Shown: positions 39,491-52,183 of the stretch, one piece after another
Layout of the letters: each line of letters begins with the position of its first letter
Numbering within the stretch: the stretch's first letter is position 1
Notes under the pieces: model-generated
Databases searched by the model: none
What the model was told of the DNA's origin: nothing
Seen by the model: only the letters and a program-made list of their open reading frames with translations
Source: Planctomycetota bacterium
Lineage (GTDB): Bacteria; Planctomycetota; UBA11346
Assembly (NCBI GenBank): GCA_038213805.1
Contig: JBBQSO010000002.1
Span: 32,001-96,000 of the forward strand
Reading direction: 5' to 3'
DNA: 64,000 nt
Program-made: the position numbers and the translations under genes

Positions 39491-40637
39491 TCCCATGAGA
39501 TCCCCGCCGCGCGCCGGGCGCTTCGTCCCGCTGGTGGCGCTCGGTGTGCTCGCGGTGCTGGTGCCCGGGCTGTACGGCGTCGGCGTGCTCGACATCACCG
39601 CGATCAACCAGCTCGGGCGCTTCCTGGCCCTGGCGATCGTCGCGGTCGGCCTCGACCTGGTGTGGGGCTACACCGGCATCCTCTCGCTGTGCCAGGCGAT
39701 GTTCTTCTGCTTCGGTGGCTACGCGATGGGCATGTACATGGCGATGCACGGTCCGCTCAGCGACAAGGGCGTACCGCGCGTGCTGACCGAGGTCAGCTCG
39801 GACGTCGGCGGCATGACCCTGCCGCTGTTCTGGGAGCCGTTCGGTTCGTTCTGGTTCGCGCTGGCGGCGGTGGTGGTGGTGCCTGGCCTGGCGGCACTGG
39901 TCTTCGGCTGGCTGACCTTCCGCAGCCGCGTGCGCGGGGTGTACTTCTCGATCATCACCCAGGCCACCACCATCGCGGTGTGGCTGATCTTCTGCCGCAA
40001 CGAGACCAAGCTGTGCGGCACCAACGGGCTGAACAAGCTCGAGCAGATGTTCGGCTACAACATGACCACGCCCGGGGCGCGCTTCGCCGCCTACCTGGTG
40101 ACGGTCGGGGTGCTGGCCGGAACCTGGCTGTTCGCGCGCTGGCTGATCGCCAGCCGCACCGGCCGCGTGCTGGTGGCGATCCGCGACAACGAGAGCCGCC
40201 TGCGCTTCGCCGGCTACCAGCCGGTGGCCTACAAGACCTTCATCTTCACCGTCGGCGCGGTGCTCGCCGGCATCGGCGGCGCGCTCTACGTGCCGCAGAA
40301 CGGCATCATCACGCCGGCGAAGATGGCGGCCATCGAGTCGATCACCATGGTGGTGTGGGTCGCGGTCGGCGGCCGCGGCACGCTCAGCGGCGCGATCATC
40401 GGCGCGGTGGTGGTTAACTATCTGCAGAGCGTGCTCACCACGCTCGCCCCCAACGCCTGGCTGTTCGTGCTCGGCTCCATCTTCGTCGCGGTCGTGCTGT
40501 TCCTGCCGACGGGCCTGACCGGCCTGTGGGCGCGGCTCTTCCCGGCGGGTGCCGGCAGGGTCCCGGACGACGATGGGCGGACTGACGGCGGAACGGCGTC
40601 CGCACCCGCGCCGGTCCCGGCCAAGGCGGCACCATGA
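39483..40637 (+). CDS. urtC: Urea ABC transporter permease UrtC
   Basis: LDLVWGYTGILSL, FRSRVRGVYFSIITQA, AIRDNESR and VAVGGRG; alternative start 39495. Confidence 0.95.
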   Translation: MRDPMRSPPRAGRFVPLVALGVLAVLVPGLYGVGVLDITAINQLGRFLALAIVAVGLDLVWGYTGILSLCQAMFFCFGGYAMGMYMAMHGPLSDKGVPRVLTEVSSDVGGMTLPLFWEPFGSFWFALAAVVVVPGLAALVFGWLTFRSRVRGVYFSIITQATTIAVWLIFCRNETKLCGTNGLNKLEQMFGYNMTTPGARFAAYLVTVGVLAGTWLFARWLIASRTGRVLVAIRDNESRLRFAGYQPVAYKTFIFTVGAVLAGIGGALYVPQNGIITPAKMAAIESITMVVWVAVGGRGTLSGAIIGAVVVNYLQSVLTTLAPNAWLFVLGSIFVAVVLFLPTGLTGLWARLFPAGAGRVPDDDGRTDGGTASAPAPVPAKAAP

Positions 40638-41434
40638 CCACCATCCCCGACCACCAGCCGACGACACTCTATTCGCCGTCCAAGATGGACCTGGTGCAGA
40701 TCCAGGACGTGAAGGTGGTCTTCGACGGCTTCAAGGCCCTCGACATCGGCTACTTCGGCGTCGACCGCAATGAACTGCGCGTGGTCATTGGCCCCAACGG
40801 GGCGGGCAAGACCACGTTGTGCGACGTGATCAGCGGCAAGACCAAGGTCACCAGCGGCACGGTGGTGTTCGACGACGTCGACATCACCCGCCTGCGCGAC
40901 ACCGACATCGCCGCGCTGGGCGTCGGGCGCAAGTTCCAGACCCCGACGGTGTTCGACAGCCTGACCGTGTACGAGAACATGGAGCTGGCCCTGCCGCGAC
41001 GCTGGAAGGTGCGGCAGAACATGTTCGGGCGTGAGCGCGCCGAGCAGCGCGACGCGATCATGACCATCCTGCAGCGCGTGCACCTTGAGGACGCGGTGCG
41101 CACCCAGAGCCGCTACTTGAGCCACGGCCAGCGCCAGTGGCTGGAGATCAGCATGCTGATGGTCGCCAAGCCCAAGCTGCTGCTGGTCGACGAACCGGCC
41201 GCCGGGCTGACCGACAAGGAGACCGCGCTGACCGCCGAACTGCTCAACGAGCTTAAAGGCAACCACACCATCATCGTCATCGAGCACGACATGGAGTTCG
41301 TGCGCGTGCTCAATAGCCGCGTCACGGTGTTCTGCGAGGGCAAGGTGCTGGCCGACGGCACGCTGGAGCAGGTGCAGACCGATCCCGAGGTCATGAAAGC
41401 CTACCTAGGGCGCGGGAAGGAGCGGGGGAAATGA
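40634..41434 (+). CDS. urtD: Urea ABC transporter ATP-binding protein UrtD
   Basis: GPNGAGKT, GRKFQTP, LSHGQRQWLEI, DEP and IEHDM. Confidence 0.95.
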   Translation: MTTIPDHQPTTLYSPSKMDLVQIQDVKVVFDGFKALDIGYFGVDRNELRVVIGPNGAGKTTLCDVISGKTKVTSGTVVFDDVDITRLRDTDIAALGVGRKFQTPTVFDSLTVYENMELALPRRWKVRQNMFGRERAEQRDAIMTILQRVHLEDAVRTQSRYLSHGQRQWLEISMLMVAKPKLLLVDEPAAGLTDKETALTAELLNELKGNHTIIVIEHDMEFVRVLNSRVTVFCEGKVLADGTLEQVQTDPEVMKAYLGRGKERGK

Positions 41435-41483
41435 GCCTGGGTCACCGCCTGCCGCACGCCGCACCCTCCGCCGGATCCAGCCG

Positions 41484-42179
41484 ATGCTGACGCTCACCGA
41501 CCTGTGCTTCTCCTACGGCGCCGTCAAGGCCGTGAACAAGGTGTCGATGGTGATGCCGGCCGGCCAGATCACCTGCGTGATGGGCCGCAACGGCGTGGGC
41601 AAGACCACGCTGATGCGCACCATCATGGGGACCTACAAGGCCGCCGCCGGCAGCATCCGCCTCGGCGAGCGCGACATCACGCCGCTGGCCGCGCACCAGC
41701 GCGCCAAGACCGGGCTGGCGCTGGTGCCTCAGGGGCGCGACATCTTCGCCAAGCTGACCGTCGCCGACAACCTGCGCATCGGCCTGGAGGCGCGCACCGA
41801 CGGCCTGCGCAAGGTGCCGGACGACATCTACGACGTCTTCCCGATCCTCAAGCAGTTCGCCAAGCGCATGGGCGGGGACCTCTCGGGCGGCCAGCAGCAG
41901 CAGCTCTCGATCGCGCGCGCCCTGACCGGCGATCCCAAGGTGCTGCTGCTCGACGAACCGACCGAGGGCATCCAGCCGAACATCATCCAGGACATCGGCG
42001 CGGTGCTCAGCCGCCTGGTCACGGAGCGCGGCATGGCGGTGGTGCTGGTCGAGCAGTACCTCGACTTCGTCAAGGAGTTCGGCAAGAGCTTCTACATCAT
42101 GAACCGCGGCCAGGTGGTGGCCTCCGGAGCGACCAGCGAGCTCAGCGATGCGCACGTCGCCGAGCACCTCAGCGTCTGA
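41484..42179 (+). CDS. urtE: Urea ABC transporter ATP-binding protein UrtE
   Basis: GRNGVGKTT, VPQGR, LSGGQQQQL, DEPTEGIQP and VEQYLDF. Confidence 0.95.
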   Translation: MLTLTDLCFSYGAVKAVNKVSMVMPAGQITCVMGRNGVGKTTLMRTIMGTYKAAAGSIRLGERDITPLAAHQRAKTGLALVPQGRDIFAKLTVADNLRIGLEARTDGLRKVPDDIYDVFPILKQFAKRMGGDLSGGQQQQLSIARALTGDPKVLLLDEPTEGIQPNIIQDIGAVLSRLVTERGMAVVLVEQYLDFVKEFGKSFYIMNRGQVVASGATSELSDAHVAEHLSV

Positions 42180-42192
42180 AGCGGGGCTGGAC

Positions 42193-43128
42193 ATGATCCT
42201 CAGCCTGCGACCATCACCGGCCATGGCAGAGCGGGCGGACAGGGCGGTCGCGGAGCGGGTGGCGCCGGCATCTGGCGGCGACATCGGCCCGTGCGCGCCG
42301 ACGGGTCCGGCCCGCGCCCCGGCCGCCGGCAGCGGCGCGCTGCGCTGCGCTCTGGTCGACGGCGCCAGCGCGGCGGTGCACAGCTTCGCGTCCGCGCCAC
42401 TCAAGCTGCTGGTGCCACGCCCACGCGGGCCGGCGGTGTGGGCCTACGCCGCCAGCTTCGGCGGCGGCCTGCTCGCCGGCGACCGTCTCGCGGTGGAGGT
42501 CGCCGTTGGGCCAGGGGCCAGCGCCCTGCTCGGCACCCAGGCCTCAACCAAGATCTACCGCGCGGATGGTCGCGGCCCGGCGCACCAGCGGCTGACCGCG
42601 CAGGTCGCGCAGGGTGGTGTCCTGGCGCTGCTGCCGGATCCGGTGGTGGCCTTCGCTGGCGCATCCTATGAGCAGCATCAGGAGGTCGCGCTCGACCCCG
42701 GCGCCAGCCTGCTGCTGCTCGACTGGTACACCAGCGGTCGCAGCGCGCGCGATGAGCGCTGGGCCTTCACCTCCTTCCATAGCCGCAACCGCGTGCATGT
42801 GGGTGGTGCGCTGCTGGTCGACGATGCGCTGCACCTCGCGGCCGGCGCGACCCTGGCGCGGCGCATGGGCCGCTTCCACTGCTTGGCGACCGTGTTGCTG
42901 CTCGGACCGCGCTGCGCGGCGGCGGCGCAGGCGCTGCTCGCCGTGCTGGCGCTGCAACCCGTGAGCAAAGACGCGGACCTGCTCGAGAGCGCCAGCCCGC
43001 TTGGCGACGGGGCGATCCTGCGCCTGGCCGGAACCACCCACCAGGCGGTCGAGATGCGCGTGCGCGAACGGCTGGCCGCGCTCGCCACCGATCTGCTCGG
43101 CGACGATCCCTGGTCACGCAAGTCCTGA
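42193..43128 (+). CDS. ureD: Urease accessory protein UreD
   Basis: [27 protein letters not shown] and DWYTSGR; start 42193 or 42223. Confidence 0.9.
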   Translation: MILSLRPSPAMAERADRAVAERVAPASGGDIGPCAPTGPARAPAAGSGALRCALVDGASAAVHSFASAPLKLLVPRPRGPAVWAYAASFGGGLLAGDRLAVEVAVGPGASALLGTQASTKIYRADGRGPAHQRLTAQVAQGGVLALLPDPVVAFAGASYEQHQEVALDPGASLLLLDWYTSGRSARDERWAFTSFHSRNRVHVGGALLVDDALHLAAGATLARRMGRFHCLATVLLLGPRCAAAAQALLAVLALQPVSKDADLLESASPLGDGAILRLAGTTHQAVEMRVRERLAALATDLLGDDPWSRKS

Positions 43129-43153
43129 AGCCCACGCACCGAGCGGAGCACCC

Positions 43154-43954
43154 ATGCACCTGTCCCCCCGTGAACTCGACAAGCTCGTCCTGCACCAGGT
43201 CGGCGCCCTCGCCCAGAAGCGCCTGGCGCGCGGCCTGCGCCTCAACCAGCCCGAGGCCGTCGGCCTGATCGCCACGGTGGTGCTGGAACTGATCCGCGAT
43301 GGCGACCGCAGCGTCGCCGCACTGATGGCGGTCGGGCAAACCCTGCTCGGCCGCCGCCAGGTATTGCCCGGCGTCCCCGAAATGGTCGCTGAGGTCCAGG
43401 TCGAAGGCACCTTCCGCGACGGCACCAAGCTGGTCACCGTCCACCACCCCATCGCCGCCGAGCACGGCGATCTCAGCTTGGCGCTGTACGGCAGCTTCCT
43501 TCCGGTTCCGACGGTCGCCAGCTTTGCTGGCGACCGTCCGGAGGTCCGGAAGTCCGGAAGTCCGGAAGTCGACGGCCTGGAACCGGGCGCGGTGATGGTC
43601 GAGGAGGGCGAGATCGTGTTGAACGCGGGGCGCGCGACGATCGCGCTGAGCGTCACCAACCTCGCCGACCGGCCGATCCAGGTCGGCAGCCACTACCACT
43701 TCATCGAGACCAATCCTTACCTGCGCTTCGACCGCGCCAAGGCCTACGGCAAGCGCCTCGACATCGCCGCCGGCACCGCCGTGCGCTTTGAACCCGGCGA
43801 GAGCAAGACCGTGCAGCTGGTCGACATCGCCGGCGCACGCGTCATCCGCGGCGGCAACGCCCTGGTCGACGGCCCCGCTACGCCGGCGCGTCTGGCGGAG
43901 GTGATGGCGCGGGTGCAGGAGCGGGGCTTCGCGCACCTGGCGGAACCCGGCTGA
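43154..43954 (+). CDS. ureAB: Fused urease gamma-beta subunit
   Basis: [11 protein letters not shown]...[14 protein letters not shown] (gamma) is in frame with [12 protein letters not shown]...[15 protein letters not shown] (beta). Confidence 0.95.
   Translation: MHLSPRELDKLVLHQVGALAQKRLARGLRLNQPEAVGLIATVVLELIRDGDRSVAALMAVGQTLLGRRQVLPGVPEMVAEVQVEGTFRDGTKLVTVHHPIAAEHGDLSLALYGSFLPVPTVASFAGDRPEVRKSGSPEVDGLEPGAVMVEEGEIVLNAGRATIALSVTNLADRPIQVGSHYHFIETNPYLRFDRAKAYGKRLDIAAGTAVRFEPGESKTVQLVDIAGARVIRGGNALVDGPATPARLAEVMARVQERGFAHLAEPG
43536..43570. repeat. Octamer tandem repeat GTCCGGA(G/A) x4 inside the gamma-beta linker
   Basis: GTCCGGAG GTCCGGAA GTCCGGAA GTCCGGAA GTC. Confidence 0.92.
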
Positions 43955-43962
43955 TACCGCGC

Positions 43963-44018
43963 TCTCCCGCTTCTCGCTTCTCGCTACTCGTGACTCGTGA
44001 CTCGCTACTCGTGACTCG
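43963..44018. repeat. Degenerate heptamer tandem repeat (CTTCTCG/CTACTCG/TGACTCG)
   Basis: 7-8 units filling most of the ureAB-ureC spacer. Confidence 0.9.
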
Positions 44019-44042
44019 AAATTCCACCCGGACCCGACCCCC

Positions 44043-45758
<1,716 letters not shown>

Positions 45759-45765
45759 ACCTCCG

Positions 45766-46545
45766 ATGTCCGACGTCCGACGTCCAAGGTCTCCCGGAGA
45801 GTCCACCGCAAGCACGGGCGACGTCGCGTCCCAGGACAGCGGACTGCGCGTGCCGGATGTCCGACCCACCACCTCCGACATCGAAGCCGGATTCCTTTAC
45901 CTGCAGCTCGCCGACTCCGCCTTCCCGACCGGCGGCTTCGCGCATTCGGCGGGCCTGGAGGCGGCGTGGCAGCTCGGCGAGGTGCGCGGGCAGGACGCGC
46001 TCGCGGCGTGGCTGGCGGACGCGCTCGCGCAGCATGGCGAGGCGGTACTCCCCTTCGCGGCGGCGGCGCACGACGGCGTGCTGCCCTACGCAGACATCGA
46101 CCGGCGCTGCGACGCCACCATCACCAACCACATCGCCAACCGCGCCAGCCGCGCGCTCGGCCATGGCCTGCTCGCCGCGGCGGTCGCGGCCTTCCCGGTC
46201 CCGGCCGTGGCGGAGCTGCGGACCACGGTGCGCGCCGCCCGCCTGCCCGGGCACCTCGCTCCGCTGGGGGGCGCGGTCGGGGCCGCGCTCGGCCTGAGCC
46301 GCGACGCCACCCTGCGCCTGCTGCTCTTCCAGCATCTGCGCGGACTGGTCTCGAGCGCGGTCCGCCTGGCCATCATCGGCCCGCTCGCCGGCCAGCGGCT
46401 GCAACACCGCATGGCCGGCAACGCCGCCGCGGTGCTGGTGGCCAGCGCTGGGCGCGGGATCGATGACGTCGCCACCAGCGCGCCGCTCCACGATCTCTGC
46501 CACGGCCATCACGACCGCCTCTATTCCCGGTTGTTCTCGAGCTGA
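45766..46545 (+). CDS. ureF: Urease accessory protein UreF
   Basis: LQLADSAFPTGGFAHSAGLE, SSAVRL and HDRLYSRLFSS; first ATG lies in a GTCCGAC repeat, so the true start may be the GTG near 45850. Confidence 0.92.
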   Translation: MSDVRRPRSPGESTASTGDVASQDSGLRVPDVRPTTSDIEAGFLYLQLADSAFPTGGFAHSAGLEAAWQLGEVRGQDALAAWLADALAQHGEAVLPFAAAAHDGVLPYADIDRRCDATITNHIANRASRALGHGLLAAAVAAFPVPAVAELRTTVRAARLPGHLAPLGGAVGAALGLSRDATLRLLLFQHLRGLVSSAVRLAIIGPLAGQRLQHRMAGNAAAVLVASAGRGIDDVATSAPLHDLCHGHHDRLYSRLFSS

Positions 46546-46658
46546 CGTGCGCCGCGCTTCCGCCTGCCATTGCAATGAATGCTCTGCCCGGATGATCCGC
46601 GCCATCCCGCGTCCGCCGCGTCCGCTTCGCCCATCCCTGCCGCCGGAGAGCCCAGCCG

Positions 46659-47849
46659 ATGCTCCTGTACGACCGCGTCAGCCCACGCCTGTCGTCGCTG
46701 CTCGACCTGGCGCGCTGGAGTGCGGCCTGGCTGGTGCTGGTCAGCCACGTGCGCAGCCTGCTGTTCCAGGACTGGTCGGTGCTGCCGCCCGCGGGCCGCG
46801 GCCCGCTCACCGCGGCCTTCTACCTGCTCACCGGCCTTGGCCACCAGGCGGTGATGGTGTTCTTCGTGCTCAGCGGCTTCCTGGTCGGCGGCTCGGTGCT
46901 GAACGACCTGCGCCGCGAGCGCTTCTCGCTGGCGCGCTACGCCATCAACCGCGTGTCGCGGCTGTACGTGGTGCTGCTGCCGGCGCTGGCCCTTGGCTGG
47001 CTGATCGACAGCGCCGGCAGCACGTGGTTCGCGGCCGAGGGCATCTACAGCGGGCATTGGCCGCAGCCGCTCGCGGCGCTGCAGTACTCCGTGGTCGAAC
47101 GTCTCCAGCCGCTGACCGCCTTGGCCAGTGCGGCCAATCTGCAGACCATCGTCGCGCCGCCGCTCGGCAGCAATGGCCCGCTGTGGAGCCTGGCCAACGA
47201 GTTCTGGTACTATGTGCTCTTCCCGCTGCTGACCCTGCCGCTGTTCCTGCGCGGCCACATGCTCGCCAGCGGCGCCTGTCTGGTAGTGGCCGCTGCGGTG
47301 GCGTGGCTGACCCATCCCGAGATTCTCGCCTTCGGTGCCGTGTGGCTGCTGGGCGTACTGGTGCGGCTGTGTCCGTGGCGCTTGCCGGCGCCGTTGTGGC
47401 TGGGCGGTGGCGTGGTGGTGCTGGCCGCGCTGACCAGTTCACGCCTCGCGCACCTCGACCTGGGCCGCTGGGTCGGCTTCGCCAACGACGTGGTGCTGAG
47501 CCTGATCTTCACCGTGTTCCTGCTCAGCGCGATGTCCGACCGCGGCAGCGCACCGTTGCCTGGGCAGCGGCTGTCCGCGGCGCTGGCGAACTGCTCGTAC
47601 AGCCTCTACCTGCTGCACTTCCCCATGCTGCTGCTGCTCTGCACCGCGGTACAGCACGCCTGGGGATGCGGCCTGTCGCAGCCGCCCGGCGTCACCACCT
47701 TCGCGCTCTTCGCCGGCCTGACTGCGCTGCTGAGCGCCTACGCCTTCGGCGTCGCCCAGCTCACCGAGCGGCACACCAACGCCATCCGCGACGCACTGCA
47801 GCGCCTGCTGCTGCGCCAGCCGCGTCCGGCCGCGCCCCCGGCTACCTGA
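46659..47849 (+). CDS. Acyltransferase family 3 (OafA/OatA-type membrane O-acyltransferase)
   Basis: LDLARW...[30 protein letters not shown] and [10 protein letters not shown]. Confidence 0.92.
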   Translation: MLLYDRVSPRLSSLLDLARWSAAWLVLVSHVRSLLFQDWSVLPPAGRGPLTAAFYLLTGLGHQAVMVFFVLSGFLVGGSVLNDLRRERFSLARYAINRVSRLYVVLLPALALGWLIDSAGSTWFAAEGIYSGHWPQPLAALQYSVVERLQPLTALASAANLQTIVAPPLGSNGPLWSLANEFWYYVLFPLLTLPLFLRGHMLASGACLVVAAAVAWLTHPEILAFGAVWLLGVLVRLCPWRLPAPLWLGGGVVVLAALTSSRLAHLDLGRWVGFANDVVLSLIFTVFLLSAMSDRGSAPLPGQRLSAALANCSYSLYLLHFPMLLLLCTAVQHAWGCGLSQPPGVTTFALFAGLTALLSAYAFGVAQLTERHTNAIRDALQRLLLRQPRPAAPPAT

Positions 47850-47877
47850 TCCCGACCGCCCGCCGCCAGGACCCGCC

Positions 47878-48627
47878 ATGATGACCACCCCCAGCTCCGA
47901 CCACGACCACGGCCACGGCCACCACCACGGCCCTGGCGGCCACACCCATGAGCATCTGGACCACGCCGGCCGCTTCCACGAACGTGAACAGCCGCTGGCG
48001 CGCGATTTCAGCGAGCGCGCCTTCACCGTCGGCATCGGCGGCCCGGTCGGCAGCGGCAAGACCGCGCTGATGCTGCAGCTGTGCCGGCGCCTGCGCACGA
48101 CCATGAACATCGCTGCGGTGACCAACGACATCTTCACCAAGGAGGACGGCGAGTTCCTGATCCGCAACGAGGCCCTCGAAGCCGGCCGCATCCGCGCCGT
48201 CGAGACCGGCGGCTGCCCGCACGCCGCGATCCGCGAGGACATCACCGCCAACCTGATGGCGCTCGAGGAGCTGCATGGCCTTTATCAGCCGCAGCTGCTG
48301 CTCATCGAGTCGGGCGGCGACAACCTCGCCGCAAACTACAGCCGCGAGCTGGCCGACTACATCATCTACGTCATCGACGTCGCCGGCGGCGACAAGGTGC
48401 CGCGCAAAGGCGGGCCCGGCATCACCCAGTCCGACCTCTTCATCATCAATAAGACCGACCTCGCCACCGCCGTCGGAGCCGATCTCGCCGTCATGGAGCG
48501 CGATACCGTGAAGATGCGCGGCGGCGGACCCTACGTCTTCGCCCAGGTCAAGCAGGGCGTGGGCGTCGAGGACATCGTGGACCATATCGTGCATGCGTGG
48601 CAGCATGCGACGGGGATCGCGCATTGA
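47878..48627 (+). CDS. ureG: Urease accessory GTPase UreG with His-rich N-terminus
   Basis: [29 protein letters not shown] and NKTD. Confidence 0.97.
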   Translation: MMTTPSSDHDHGHGHHHGPGGHTHEHLDHAGRFHEREQPLARDFSERAFTVGIGGPVGSGKTALMLQLCRRLRTTMNIAAVTNDIFTKEDGEFLIRNEALEAGRIRAVETGGCPHAAIREDITANLMALEELHGLYQPQLLLIESGGDNLAANYSRELADYIIYVIDVAGGDKVPRKGGPGITQSDLFIINKTDLATAVGADLAVMERDTVKMRGGGPYVFAQVKQGVGVEDIVDHIVHAWQHATGIAH

Positions 48628-48670
48628 GTCGCAGGGGCGCGACCGACAGGAAGCGGGAGAAGACCAGAGA

Positions 48671-48834
48671 CGCGGAGACGCGGAGATCGGATGAGGTCGA
48701 AGGGGCTGGGGCCGCCATGCGACCAGCGCTGCGGCTGCTCCGCCAGGGCGAAGGCTCGCGACGTTGTGCGCGAGGGGTCACGCGCGCCTCCAGCCGCTCC
48801 CCGGCCGTCCTCCTCCGATCTCCGCGCCTCCGCG
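48671..48834. repeat. 26-bp inverted repeat between convergent genes (same family as 19293-19488)
   Basis: CGCGGAGACGCGGAGATCGGATGAGG (48671-48696) versus 48809-48834. Confidence 0.85.
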
Positions 48835-48867
48835 CCGCCTGTTCGCTCAGAGCAACCGCGGCGATCG

Positions 48868-49653
48868 TTATTTCTTCTTCGCCACCGGATGCGTCGTCGG
48901 CAGGTTCTTGACGATCTCGGTCGCCTCGGGCGTGGTCGCGGGGTGGCCCCAGCCGCTCGGGCTCTTGCCGTCGGCGAAGTCGATGACCAGGTTGTCGTCG
49001 CCGGTCGGGCTGACGCCGCCGGGGATGTGGTCGAGGCCGAGCGCGTGGCGCAGCTTCCAGGCGATGATGTGATCGGCGACCGAGCTGTCTCCGGACAGGC
49101 CCAGGCCGCCGAGCAGGACGCCGCCATCGGCGTAGAGCGCGAGGCCGCCGCCGAAGACGTTCACGCCGCCGATGCGCTCGCCGATCATCGGGTCGTCCTT
49201 GGTGCCGAAGTACTTGGCCTTGCCCTTGTAAGCGACCTCGGGGTCGACCGGGTTGGAGGCCTGCAGGCCGAACAGGCTGCCGCCGGGCTGGGTGGCGGCG
49301 TAGAGCTGGCCGGTGCCGAGCGCCAAGCCGGGCAGGCTGAAGGCGTTGGCAGTGTTGGCCTTCTGCGCCGCGATCACCCGGCTGCCCGGCCACTGGTCGC
49401 CGCGGTCGGCGCCGGTAAAGGTCACCACGCGCACCACCGCGTCGCGGTCGACCAGGGTCGCCCACATGTTCAGGCCGAAGCCGCCATTCTTCTCCTTGAT
49501 CACCAGTTGCAGGGCCGAGCGCACCGTCGCGGCATCCGGCAGGTCGGCACTGGCCGCGTTCAGCGCTGGACCGCTGGCCAGGACGCCGGCACAGGCGATC
49601 AGCCAAGTGGCCAGGAACCGGGTGAATGAAGTGAACGGGGATGCGAGGGACAT
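48868..49653 (-). CDS. Secreted GlcG/HbpS-like heme-binding protein
   Basis: Signal peptide, VDRD, IAAQKANTA, FGGGLALY and GGLGLSGD...DH. Confidence 0.82.
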   Translation of the reverse strand: MSLASPFTSFTRFLATWLIACAGVLASGPALNAASADLPDAATVRSALQLVIKEKNGGFGLNMWATLVDRDAVVRVVTFTGADRGDQWPGSRVIAAQKANTANAFSLPGLALGTGQLYAATQPGGSLFGLQASNPVDPEVAYKGKAKYFGTKDDPMIGERIGGVNVFGGGLALYADGGVLLGGLGLSGDSSVADHIIAWKLRHALGLDHIPGGVSPTGDDNLVIDFADGKSPSGWGHPATTPEATEIVKNLPTTHPVAKKK

Positions 49654-49931
49654 GGAAGGCCTCCTTGGCCGGTGGTGTTCTGGATGACTGGCGCAACCTA
49701 TGGGGGTCTAGAACGGCGGAACGCTGGTTGATACCGGCGTCGACGCGTGCCGGGCGACCCACGACAAGCCCGACCCTGGACAAGCCGCCATCGGTTGCAA
49801 GTCCGTGTCCGCTCTGGTGTGGAGCCCTGGCGCACCTCCCGAATACTCCGGCGCGGTGGAACAAACCGGCAGCCGCCGACCTCTGCGCCCATGCCCAGCC
49901 CCGCATTGACGCCGCAAGCCCACGTGCTGGA

Positions 49932-51812
49932 ATGACCTACGCAGACGCACGCGAGGCCGCGCCGGTGCCTCGCAGGAGCCAGGGGATGTTCCGTTCCGCC
50001 ATCGTAGATCCGCCCGGTCCCCACGCCGAGCCGCAATTGGCGACGCGCCTGGCATCCATCACCAAGGGGGGCGCGGACGGCACGCGTCGCAACCCGTTGT
50101 CCGCCTACCTCCACCTGGTCGAGGGCAAGGCTCGCCTGATCCCCGGGGTGTGGCTGCTGCAGAACCTGCGCAACGCGCCGACCTACCTCTTCCCGCTGCT
50201 CATCAAACACATCTACGACATGCTCAAGGACGCGCCGGAGCGCGTCATGGGCGAACTCGGCTGGGTGCTCGCCGCGTCGTTCCTGATGTGCGTGCTGAAC
50301 GTGATGGCCACCGTGGGGCAGACGCGGCTGCGCTCGTGCCAGCGCCGCCGCCTGACCGCGAACCTGCGCACCTCGCTGGTGCGCCGGCTCAACAAGCTGA
50401 CCTTCATCTTCCACGACCGCTCGCAGGCGGGCATGCTGCAGAACAAGTTCGTGCTCGACATCAACCGCCTTGAGGAGATCGAGAGCTACCTCGCCGAGAA
50501 CGTGCTGATGCAGGGCACCTCGATCCTGATCATGCTGGTGATCGTGTGGCACATCAACCCGTGGTTCCTGCTCGTGCTCGGTCTGATCGTGCCGACCAAC
50601 CTGATCATGGCCAAGCTGCTGTGGCCGCCGATGCGCAAGCGCAGCGAGGAGTTCCGCGTTGCCGAGTCGGGCTTCATGGCCTCGCTGACCGAGGCCCTGC
50701 ACGCGGTGCGGCTGACGCGCGCGCACGCGGTCGAGGAGTTCGCCGAGCAGCGGCTGAGCGGCGCCGCGCACACCGTCGCCGAGACCGGCATCCGCGTCGA
50801 TCTCACGCACGCTTTCTTCGGCTCCACCGGCTGGGCGGTGGGCTCGATCCTCAACATGCTGGTGGTGGCGGTCGGCGCGTGGCTGTGCGTGCGCGACCAG
50901 ATCGGCTTCGGCGACCTGTTCGTGTTCTTCACCTACTACCAGATGATCGCCGGCAGCATGAGCGGCATCGTCAACGGCATCCCGGCGATCGCCTCGGCGA
51001 GCGATGCGATCTCCTCCCTGGCCGAGCTCTACGACACCGAGAGCGAGGAGCGCAACAGCGGCAAGCCGGAACTGCCGGCAGTACGCGGCGAGGTCACGCT
51101 GCGCGGCGTCTCCTTCACCTACCCGGGCAGCAACCGGCACAGCGTGCGCGACGTCACCATCGACATCCCCCAGGGCACCTCGCTGGCGCTGGTCGGTCCG
51201 TCCGGCTCGGGCAAGAGCACCATCGCCAGCCTGGTGCTCGGGCTCTATGAACCGCAGCAAGGCGCGGTGCTGATCGACGGGCACGACCTGCGCGCGGTCG
51301 ACCGCCGCAGCATCCGCCGCCACGTCGGCGTGGTCAGCCAGGACGTGGTGCTGTTCCACGACACCATCGCCGGCAACATCAGCTGGGGCGACGCCAATCC
51401 CGACGCCGCGCGCGTGCGCGAGGCCGCGCGACGCGCCAACGCCGAAGCCTTCATCACCGCCATGGCGCAGGGCTACGACACCGTGCTCGGCGACCGCGGC
51501 CTGGGCCTGTCCGGCGGCCAGCGCCAGCGCCTGGCGATCGCGCGCGCCCTCTACCGCGACCCCAAGCTGCTCATCCTCGACGAGGCGACCAGCGCCCTCG
51601 ACCCCGAGAGCGAGCGTTTGGTACAGCTCGCCCTCGACGAGCTGATGAAGGGCCGCACCACCCTGATCATCGCCCACCGCCTGTCAACGGTGCGCGGCGC
51701 CAACCGCATCGTCGTGCTCGAAGAGGGCCAGGTGAGCGAGACCGGTACCTTCGCCGAGCTGATGGAGCAGAGGCGCGCGTTCTTCAAGCTGGCGAACGGG
51801 CAGCTGATCTAG
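49932..51812 (+). CDS. ABC exporter, fused permease/ATP-binding (MsbA-like half transporter)
   Basis: TM domain plus GPSGSGKST, VSQD, LSGGQRQR, ILDEATSALD and IAHRLST; start 49932 or 49986. Confidence 0.92.
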   Translation: MTYADAREAAPVPRRSQGMFRSAIVDPPGPHAEPQLATRLASITKGGADGTRRNPLSAYLHLVEGKARLIPGVWLLQNLRNAPTYLFPLLIKHIYDMLKDAPERVMGELGWVLAASFLMCVLNVMATVGQTRLRSCQRRRLTANLRTSLVRRLNKLTFIFHDRSQAGMLQNKFVLDINRLEEIESYLAENVLMQGTSILIMLVIVWHINPWFLLVLGLIVPTNLIMAKLLWPPMRKRSEEFRVAESGFMASLTEALHAVRLTRAHAVEEFAEQRLSGAAHTVAETGIRVDLTHAFFGSTGWAVGSILNMLVVAVGAWLCVRDQIGFGDLFVFFTYYQMIAGSMSGIVNGIPAIASASDAISSLAELYDTESEERNSGKPELPAVRGEVTLRGVSFTYPGSNRHSVRDVTIDIPQGTSLALVGPSGSGKSTIASLVLGLYEPQQGAVLIDGHDLRAVDRRSIRRHVGVVSQDVVLFHDTIAGNISWGDANPDAARVREAARRANAEAFITAMAQGYDTVLGDRGLGLSGGQRQRLAIARALYRDPKLLILDEATSALDPESERLVQLALDELMKGRTTLIIAHRLSTVRGANRIVVLEEGQVSETGTFAELMEQRRAFFKLANGQLI

Positions 51813-51822
51813 AGAGAGAGAG

Positions 51823-52183
51823 AGTCCGGAAGTCCGGAAGTCGGAGGCGACCGCAGCGAGGTGCAGAGTTCGGTTCGAGGATGGAATGCCCATATCCGAT
51901 TCCGGGTCGGAATTAGGGATAGGGATATGCCAATCCGACTCCGCTGTTCGCCCCAGCGTCGCAATCCCATTCCGCGCCGAACGGGCATTCCCCCTGGAAA
52001 GCGGCGTCGGTGACCTAGCATGCCGGCGGCATCGCCACGGTACGAAAGTGCCCATGCCGACCTCAATCGCCGCTCAGACACGCCATGCATGCGCAGTCAC
52101 AAATGTGTCGAATCCGCTTCAGGGCCCTTCCCCGACCCCGGCCACCGCGACTTCCGGACTGCCGGACCCCGGACTTCCGGACT
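51823..52183. repeat. Intergenic element bounded by inverted octamer arrays
   Basis: AGTCCGGAAGTCCGGAAGTC on the left, GACTTCCGGACT...GGACTTCCGGACT on the right; internal GGAATGCCC/GGGCATTCC pair. Confidence 0.75.
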
